A DNA stretch of 64,000 nucleotides from an uncultured bacterium (lineage in GTDB: Bacteria > Actinomycetota > Acidimicrobiia > Spongiisociales > ZC4RG35): assembly GCA_963753285.1 (NCBI GenBank), contig CAVWBT010000005.1:132564-196563 (forward strand), read 5' to 3'. This document shows positions 58,116-64,000 of the stretch, piece by piece (the first letter of the stretch is position 1; every line of letters starts with the position of its first letter). The notes under the pieces were generated by a model. It had not been told where the DNA came from. It was given only the letters and a program-made list of their open reading frames with translations, and searched no databases. The position numbers were made by a program, and so were the translations under genes.

Positions 58116-59287
58116 GACAGATGTTGCGGATCGTCGCGAAGGACCTGAAGCAGCGGGTGCGTGACCGGTCGGTGTTCATCGTCGGGATCATCGCTCCGGC
58201 CATGCTCGCACTCATCTTCAGCTTTGCGTTCGGTGATGCGCTCGACCCGAGCGGCGGCGGTTTCCAGGCGAGCTACGGGTTCGTGGACCTCGACGGCGGC
58301 GATGCCGCCGCAGGCCTCGGCGAGGTGCTGGCCGGTATCGAAGGCGCTCAGTTCTCCATCGAGACGTACGAGTCGGTGGCGGCGGTCGAGGCAGCCATCG
58401 ACGACGACGAGTTGTCGGCTGCGTTCGTCGTCCCTGAAGGCTTCAGCGAGTCGATCGGCTCGGGTACGGCAGTGCTCGAGGTCGTGGGAAACGTCGACGC
58501 GCCGACCGGGGCCGGGATCGCAGCCGCCATCGCCGAGGGATACGCCGACGCCGTCGATCGTGTCACCCTGACGGTTGCGGGTTCGATCGCCGCCGGAGCA
58601 GACCCGGCCTCGCTCGACGAGGTGATTGCGACGGCATCGACCGTCGAGCCGCTCGCATCCATCGGAGCCATCACGACTGGGGTCCGGCAGATGGACGGGC
58701 CGACGTACCTGATGGCGGGCATGGCAGTCTTCTTCTTGTTCTTCACGGTTCAGTTCGGGGTTGCATCGCTGCTCGAGGAGAAGCGCATCGGCACGTGGGG
58801 CCGCCTGCTGGCTGCTCCGGTTTCCCGCTCGGAGGCGATCGGTGCCAAGGTGCTGGTCAGCTTCCTGCTGGGGATCGTCTCGATGGCCGTCCTCATGATC
58901 GGCGCATCGATCGGACTGGGGGCCGACTGGGGCGATCCCGTCTCGGTTTCGGTGCTGGTGATTCTCGGCGTGCTGGCAGCGACCGGCGTGATGGCACTCG
59001 TCTCGGCGATCGCGAAGACCGTGGAGGCGGCCGGAAACATCCAGGCGATCATCGCCGTCGCGCTCGGCATGCTCGGCGGAACGTTCGTCCAGATCAGCCA
59101 GGACGGTGGCCTGCTGTCGAGGCTCTCGCTGATCACGCCGCATCACTGGTTCATTCAGGGCCTGAACGACCTCGGTGGTGGGGGAAGCATCGGTGACATC
59201 GTTCCAAGCATCGTCGGGATCGGTCTGTTCGCCGCAGTGACCGGCGGCCTGGCCGTGTGGGCGTTCTCTCGACAGGAGACGGTATGA
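58112..59287 (+). CDS. ABC-2 permease with extracellular domain
   Basis: KDLKQRVRDR, LLEEKRIGTWGRLLAAP, TPHHWFIQGL. Confidence 0.9.
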   Translation: MRQMLRIVAKDLKQRVRDRSVFIVGIIAPAMLALIFSFAFGDALDPSGGGFQASYGFVDLDGGDAAAGLGEVLAGIEGAQFSIETYESVAAVEAAIDDDELSAAFVVPEGFSESIGSGTAVLEVVGNVDAPTGAGIAAAIAEGYADAVDRVTLTVAGSIAAGADPASLDEVIATASTVEPLASIGAITTGVRQMDGPTYLMAGMAVFFLFFTVQFGVASLLEEKRIGTWGRLLAAPVSRSEAIGAKVLVSFLLGIVSMAVLMIGASIGLGADWGDPVSVSVLVILGVLAATGVMALVSAIAKTVEAAGNIQAIIAVALGMLGGTFVQISQDGGLLSRLSLITPHHWFIQGLNDLGGGGSIGDIVPSIVGIGLFAAVTGGLAVWAFSRQETV

Positions 59288-60435
59288 CGATTCTCTCGAT
59301 CGCTCGCAACGCGCTCCGGCGACTGTTCCGTGACCGGTCCAATGTCTTCTTCGTCTTCGTGCTCCCGATCGCCCTGGTCCTGCTCATCGGTGCGCAGTTC
59401 GGTGGAGGCTTCACCCCGACCGTCGGGGTGATGGCACCAGCCGATGATGCGCTGGCAGACCGGCTGGTGTCAGAGCTGGCCGACCTGTACCAGATCCGGG
59501 ACTACGAGACTCGCGACGACCTGGTGCTCGCAGTCGAACGCGGATGGGTGCAGGCGGGGATCGAGGTCCCGACCGGGTTCAGCGGTTCGGTGGCCGCCGG
59601 CGATCGTCCAGAGATCGGCTACCTCGCACAACCCGACTCGAGCGGCCAAGGCGTGCAGACGGCGGTCTCCGCGACCCTGGAACGCATTCTCGCTCCGATC
59701 ACTGCCGCGTCCGTCGTGGCCGAGACGCAGGGGCTGTCGCTGGAGCAGGCCGAGGCGATCATCGGGGAGGTGGCAGGCTCCGTGCCTCCGGTCGAAGTCG
59801 AGACCCGCACGACCGGCGAAGCGCTCTTCGTGGACCTCGGCCAGTTCGACCTCGGGGCGTCGAGTCAGCTCGTGCTGTTCATGTTCCTGACTGGACTGAC
59901 AGGGTCTGCAGCGCTCATCCAGAGTCGGCAGCTCGGTGTGACGCGTCGGATGCTGTCGTCTCCGGCGTCCACACGCACCATCCTCGCTGGGGAGGCGCTC
60001 GGTCGGCTCGGGGTGACCTTGTTCCAGGGGATCTACATCGTCGCAGTGACCCTGATCGTCTTTCGCGTCGATTGGGGAAGCCCGTTCGGGGCGGCAGCCA
60101 TCATGCTGGCGTTCGGCTTGGTCGCAGCCGCTGCGGCGATGCTGCTGGGTTCGGTGTTCTCCAACGATCAGCAGGCCGGGGGGGTCGCGGTGGTGCTCGG
60201 GCTGGGGCTGGCGGCTCTCGGTGGCTCGATGGTGCCCGTCGAGTTCTTCTCGTCCACGATGCAGTCGATCTCCATGGTCACACCGCACTACTGGGCGAAC
60301 AGCGCCTTCGCCGAGCTGGTCAGGCGCGACGGTGGCGTTGCCGACATCCTCCCTCAGTTGGGCGTCCTGGCTGGGTACGCGATCGTGTTGTTGGCGCTGG
60401 CCACCTGGCGGCTGCAGCGGGTCCTCACCCGCTGA
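59284..60435 (+). CDS. ABC-2 permease with extracellular domain
   Basis: RRLFRDR, SRQLGVTRRMLSSP, LGGSMVP, TPHYWAN. Confidence 0.9.
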   Translation: MTILSIARNALRRLFRDRSNVFFVFVLPIALVLLIGAQFGGGFTPTVGVMAPADDALADRLVSELADLYQIRDYETRDDLVLAVERGWVQAGIEVPTGFSGSVAAGDRPEIGYLAQPDSSGQGVQTAVSATLERILAPITAASVVAETQGLSLEQAEAIIGEVAGSVPPVEVETRTTGEALFVDLGQFDLGASSQLVLFMFLTGLTGSAALIQSRQLGVTRRMLSSPASTRTILAGEALGRLGVTLFQGIYIVAVTLIVFRVDWGSPFGAAAIMLAFGLVAAAAAMLLGSVFSNDQQAGGVAVVLGLGLAALGGSMVPVEFFSSTMQSISMVTPHYWANSAFAELVRRDGGVADILPQLGVLAGYAIVLLALATWRLQRVLTR

Positions 60436-60913
60436 GCACCCACAGCAACCACACCCCTCCCATGGCCACACCGATGCCGAACTGGGCGGCGGACGCCCTG
60501 AGGAGCGCCGCCGTGGTTGCGAGCGCCGAATCGAAGGCGGCTCGGGCGTTTCCGGTCTCGGCGATTCGCACGATCCATACGCCCAGGACGAATCCGATCG
60601 GAATGCCGATCACGGGGATGACGATGCCCACGCCGATCGCCAGGACGACGCCGAAGACGGTCCCGCGGATCGACAGTCCCTGCGCTGCCGCCGACTTCTG
60701 AGGAATTCGCAGACTCAGGTAGATGCCTGCGCCGAAGAGGATCGTGATGATGGTCATCGCGATGATGCCGGCGGTGTCGAAGGACGTCAGGAATCCCCAG
60801 GCGAGCGCAGCCAGCCAGACCAGTGCGAGCCCTGGCAGGAGCGGCACGACGGTCCCGACGACGCCGATCACGATTGCTCCGGCTGTCAGCACGAACAGCA
60901 CCGGATCGTTCAT
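60425..60913 (-). CDS. DUF456 family membrane protein
   Basis: GVVGTVVPLLPGLALVW, IGIPIGFVLGVWI. Confidence 0.85.
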   Translation of the reverse strand: MNDPVLFVLTAGAIVIGVVGTVVPLLPGLALVWLAALAWGFLTSFDTAGIIAMTIITILFGAGIYLSLRIPQKSAAAQGLSIRGTVFGVVLAIGVGIVIPVIGIPIGFVLGVWIVRIAETGNARAAFDSALATTAALLRASAAQFGIGVAMGGVWLLWVLSG

Positions 60914-63222
60914 GTGAGTCGGGAGGCTCCTTCGGCGAGTGAACCGATCCGCTTCGCGACGGCCACGACGTCCCCGACCGACGCAGCAAACGCCTCTCGC
61001 TCGGCATCCGAGCCGTCAGTGATCCCGCGATTCAGCGCGAGGTCGAGGGCGGAACCGAACAGCGGCTTTGCGACGCTCTCGCCGGCGGAGACCCGGCCGT
61101 CGGCCAGCCACTCGGTGCCGGTCTGGAGGCAGTCGGAGAGGAACTGCTTGCGGTCGCCGTCGAATCCGTGAGTGGCGATCTGGGTGGCCACGATGAGATA
61201 CGCCTCGAGGAACGGCAGCAGCGCCCAGTGGGCCCGGAGAAGATCGGAGTCGAGCAGCAGTGCCTCGCGGTCCTCGCCCAATCGTGTCCGCCAGTTCCGA
61301 TCGATGGCATCCATCTCGTCGATGATGTCGTGGCGGAAGCGGGTCTTGTCGGCGAAGAAGAACTCGAACTTCAACAGGTCCCGGAGCTGGTCGACCTCCG
61401 CCCAGAACCCCTCGACACCGGCGGCCGGATCCGAGTGCAGCAGCGCCACCTCGGCGATGGCCCCCGGCACGAAGAAGTGAACGACCGTGTTGCGGTAATA
61501 GGCGGCCTCGACGGCCTGTTTGGGCGTGAGGTGGAAGGCGCGCCTGGGTGTGCTGGCGTCGACGCTGAGCGACCCGTGTTCCGCCAGTTGGGCGAGAACG
61601 TCGGCGGTGACGGCTTCGTTGTCGAAGCGAATCGGCTCGGTGGTCGGGAGGTCGGATCTGGCGATGGCACGGGTCACCCGCTGAGCGGCGTCGGTGAGCC
61701 GAGCCGCGCCGACTGCCTCGCCCCGGGCGGCGAGGATCGCGATCGAGACCACGGCGGTCGGGGTGATCGGCGTGACCTGGCTGATCCGGTACATGACCTC
61801 GAACGCCAGTTTCCGCAGGTCGAGGTGGTCCTCGTCGATTCCGTCGGCCCCGAGCTCCTTGCGGATCGAGACCGGTTCGGCGAACCGGACGTGGATGTTG
61901 CCGTAGCGCGCCCGGAGACTCATGATCTTGGCGACCGCCCATGAGGCGGTCTCCTTGTCCTTTGCGCCGCCGGTCGCCTCCGTGGCGTAGTCGCCCACGT
62001 CCATGATCTGGTCGTAGGCGATCGATGTGGGGATGAGGTACATGTCTTCGGCCTTGTTGCGCATGACCGACTCCGACACCCAGCTCAACATGCCCATCTT
62101 CGGGGGAAGCAGCTTGCCGGACCGGGACCGTCCGCCTTCGGGGTACCACTCCAAGGGAAAGCGGTTCTCGACGAGGTAGTCGAGGTAGGCGCGTAGCACG
62201 TATTTGTACAGCTCGTTGTCCTTGAACGAGCGACGGATGAAGAAGGCGCCCGTGTTGCGGATCAGCGGGCCGACCGGGAAGAAGTTCATGTTGATGCCGG
62301 CCGCGGTGTGGTTGGGAGGCATGTCGTTCTCCCACAGCAGGAACTGGAGCGTGAGCCGGTCCAGGTTCGAGCGGTGTGAAGGCAGGAATGCGATCGGATA
62401 TTGCTGACCGAGTTCGGCGATCTGGCCGAGCTGGCCGGAGTCGTACTTGATCTCGCCATAGCCTTGGCTGTAGACCCAGTGGATGAAGTTGGCCAGCAGA
62501 TCGATCACGAACGGCTTGTGCGAGGCAGCGATCTCGCGCAGGTAATGGCGGCTGCGAGCGAGAGCGAGTTCGGGTGGAAGCCCGGTCTCCGCCGCCACCT
62601 GTATGACGCCGTCGCGGAACTCGGAGCGATTGAGGATCTCCTCGTGGAGGAACTTCGGCACCTTGTAGCGGTTGCCTCGGAGTTGGCGTTCCGCTCGCTC
62701 CAGCGCGCGATGCGCCCTGCGCGTGACGAAGTCGTTGAACGTCGACGCCTCCACCGCTGCGTCGTGGGCGGCGTGCAGTTCGGATGCAGAAGCGCCGGCC
62801 CCGGTCACGATCCGGACACGGTGTGGGAACTTCGAGAGGATGACATGCTCCCGAACCGGATCGGGGTCGCGGGGATCGCCCAGCTTGAGGATGTCGATGA
62901 GGCTGACCGAGCGGCGGCCGTTCCGCTCGTTCGGCAGCCAGGCGATCCGGACCGGTACGACCCAAGGGTCATCGCCGCGGTCGAGCCTGGCGTGAAGCCG
63001 GGGATCGGTCCGCTGTCCGGCGTTGCGCCGACGTGATGGGCGGATGGCGATCACGTCGGTGATGGACGCCGTCTCGGGTTGCCGCTCCGCCCACGCCTCG
63101 ATGATCCTTCGCTCGAGCTTGGTCGTGGCGTCGGCGAGCACGACCACCGGTCGCCCGACGTCTGCGATCGTGGGTTCGTCCGCCAGTGGCGTGGCGGGAT
63201 CTGCTGGCAGTCTCAGGGTCAT
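60910..63222 (-). CDS. plsB: Glycerol-3-phosphate 1-O-acyltransferase
   Basis: PSHRSNLD (HxxxxD), GAFFIRRSF, YPEGGRSRSGKLL; mycobacterial PlsB-like N-terminus. Confidence 0.92.
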   Translation of the reverse strand: MTLRLPADPATPLADEPTIADVGRPVVVLADATTKLERRIIEAWAERQPETASITDVIAIRPSRRRNAGQRTDPRLHARLDRGDDPWVVPVRIAWLPNERNGRRSVSLIDILKLGDPRDPDPVREHVILSKFPHRVRIVTGAGASASELHAAHDAAVEASTFNDFVTRRAHRALERAERQLRGNRYKVPKFLHEEILNRSEFRDGVIQVAAETGLPPELALARSRHYLREIAASHKPFVIDLLANFIHWVYSQGYGEIKYDSGQLGQIAELGQQYPIAFLPSHRSNLDRLTLQFLLWENDMPPNHTAAGINMNFFPVGPLIRNTGAFFIRRSFKDNELYKYVLRAYLDYLVENRFPLEWYPEGGRSRSGKLLPPKMGMLSWVSESVMRNKAEDMYLIPTSIAYDQIMDVGDYATEATGGAKDKETASWAVAKIMSLRARYGNIHVRFAEPVSIRKELGADGIDEDHLDLRKLAFEVMYRISQVTPITPTAVVSIAILAARGEAVGAARLTDAAQRVTRAIARSDLPTTEPIRFDNEAVTADVLAQLAEHGSLSVDASTPRRAFHLTPKQAVEAAYYRNTVVHFFVPGAIAEVALLHSDPAAGVEGFWAEVDQLRDLLKFEFFFADKTRFRHDIIDEMDAIDRNWRTRLGEDREALLLDSDLLRAHWALLPFLEAYLIVATQIATHGFDGDRKQFLSDCLQTGTEWLADGRVSAGESVAKPLFGSALDLALNRGITDGSDAEREAFAASVGDVVAVAKRIGSLAEGASRLT

Positions 63223-63291
63223 TCGTTCGGCTCCTGAGGCGATTGTACGGAGAGTGAGTCACTCGCGCCCCGTGATGCTTCAATGCGTGCC

Positions 63292-63747
63292 ATGAGAGCA
63301 GTCGTGCAACGGGTCTCGGATGCGTCGGTCAGGGTGGACGGCGAAGTGGTGGGTGCGATCGGACGGGGGCTTCTCGTGCTGCTCGGCGTGACGCACTCGG
63401 ACTCGGACCGGGATGCGCTCGCCATCGCCGACAAGCTGGCCGGCCTCCGCATCTTCGGTGACGACGCCGGGTTGATGAACCGCTCGGTCATCGACATCGG
63501 TGGCTCGTGCCTCGTGGTCTCGCAGTTCACGCTGTACGGCTCGACGAGAAAGGGGCGTCGGCCGTCGTTCACCGCAGCAGCCGGCCCGGACGTCGCCGAG
63601 CCGCTGGTCGATGAGGTGGTCCGGCGGCTCCAGGGACACGGCCTACGCGTCGAGACCGGCGTGTTCGGGGCGATGATGGACGTCTCGTTGGTCAACGCCG
63701 GGCCGGTCACGCTGGTGATCGAGTCGGCCGATGGGAGGATCGTCTGA
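63292..63747 (+). CDS. dtd: D-aminoacyl-tRNA deacylase
   Basis: [37 protein letters not shown]. Confidence 0.96.
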   Translation: MRAVVQRVSDASVRVDGEVVGAIGRGLLVLLGVTHSDSDRDALAIADKLAGLRIFGDDAGLMNRSVIDIGGSCLVVSQFTLYGSTRKGRRPSFTAAAGPDVAEPLVDEVVRRLQGHGLRVETGVFGAMMDVSLVNAGPVTLVIESADGRIV

Positions 63748-63750
63748 CCG

Positions 63751-64000
63751 TCACGCCGATGACCGCAGCTTTTCGATCTGCTTGGGAGTGATGAGGACGA
63801 CCATGCCGAGGGCCAGGATTCCGGACGCCGGATCACCGACCCCCCATCCCGCCGGGTATCCCGTCGTGAACGAGACCATTGCCCCGACGATCAGCGCGAC
63901 CATCGCAACCAGCGCCGCCTTGGCGGTGCGGCGGGTCAGGGCGGTCACGACCGCGATCACTCCGAGCGCAACCGGGAGATACAACGGCCAAGCGGCGAGC
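63751..64000 (-). CDS. Membrane protein, 5' part outside the window
   Basis: Hydrophobic frame open to the window end. Confidence 0.5.
   Translation of the reverse strand, partial: LAAWPLYLPVALGVIAVVTALTRRTAKAALVAMVALIVGAMVSFTTGYPAGWGVGDPASGILALGMVVLITPKQIEKLRSSA

Overview
High-GC actinobacterial window, most likely Acidimicrobiia. This is inferred from an SLH protein with CNP..FCP repeats, an aceE-type pyruvate dehydrogenase, a mycobacterial-type PlsB and DUF456. I see about 55 genes and no rRNA, tRNA, CRISPR array or intact transposase. The modules are: a TetR/acyl-CoA dehydrogenase/SDR fatty-acid operon; an unusual glycolysis block with three phosphofructokinases of three different donor signatures around a class I aldolase; a doubly frameshifted ATP-grasp gene; an 8-gene ABC-MoxR-vWA operon; a sugar ABC transporter converging on an SmoC-like monooxygenase and SmoB-like reductase, with a divergent GH188/SqgA-like gene (probable sulfoquinovose monooxygenase pathway); Mog/XdhC; a membrane HD-GYP protein with an Ig stalk; aceE; an ABC exporter; plsB; and dtd. 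The strongest hidden signal is a radical SAM gene whose apparent stop (TGA 56088-56090) is an in-frame selenocysteine codon. It gives a C-U-A-E-P tail and is followed by a SECIS-like hairpin; the enzyme resembles the arsenic C-As-bond-forming ArsL. Three non-coding regions are structured but unassigned: the thiN leader, a 120-bp-period repeat at 13.3-13.5 kb, and a ~375-nt multi-helix element at 42.4-42.8 kb. All family assignments come from motifs and my recollection of the families; no database search was run.
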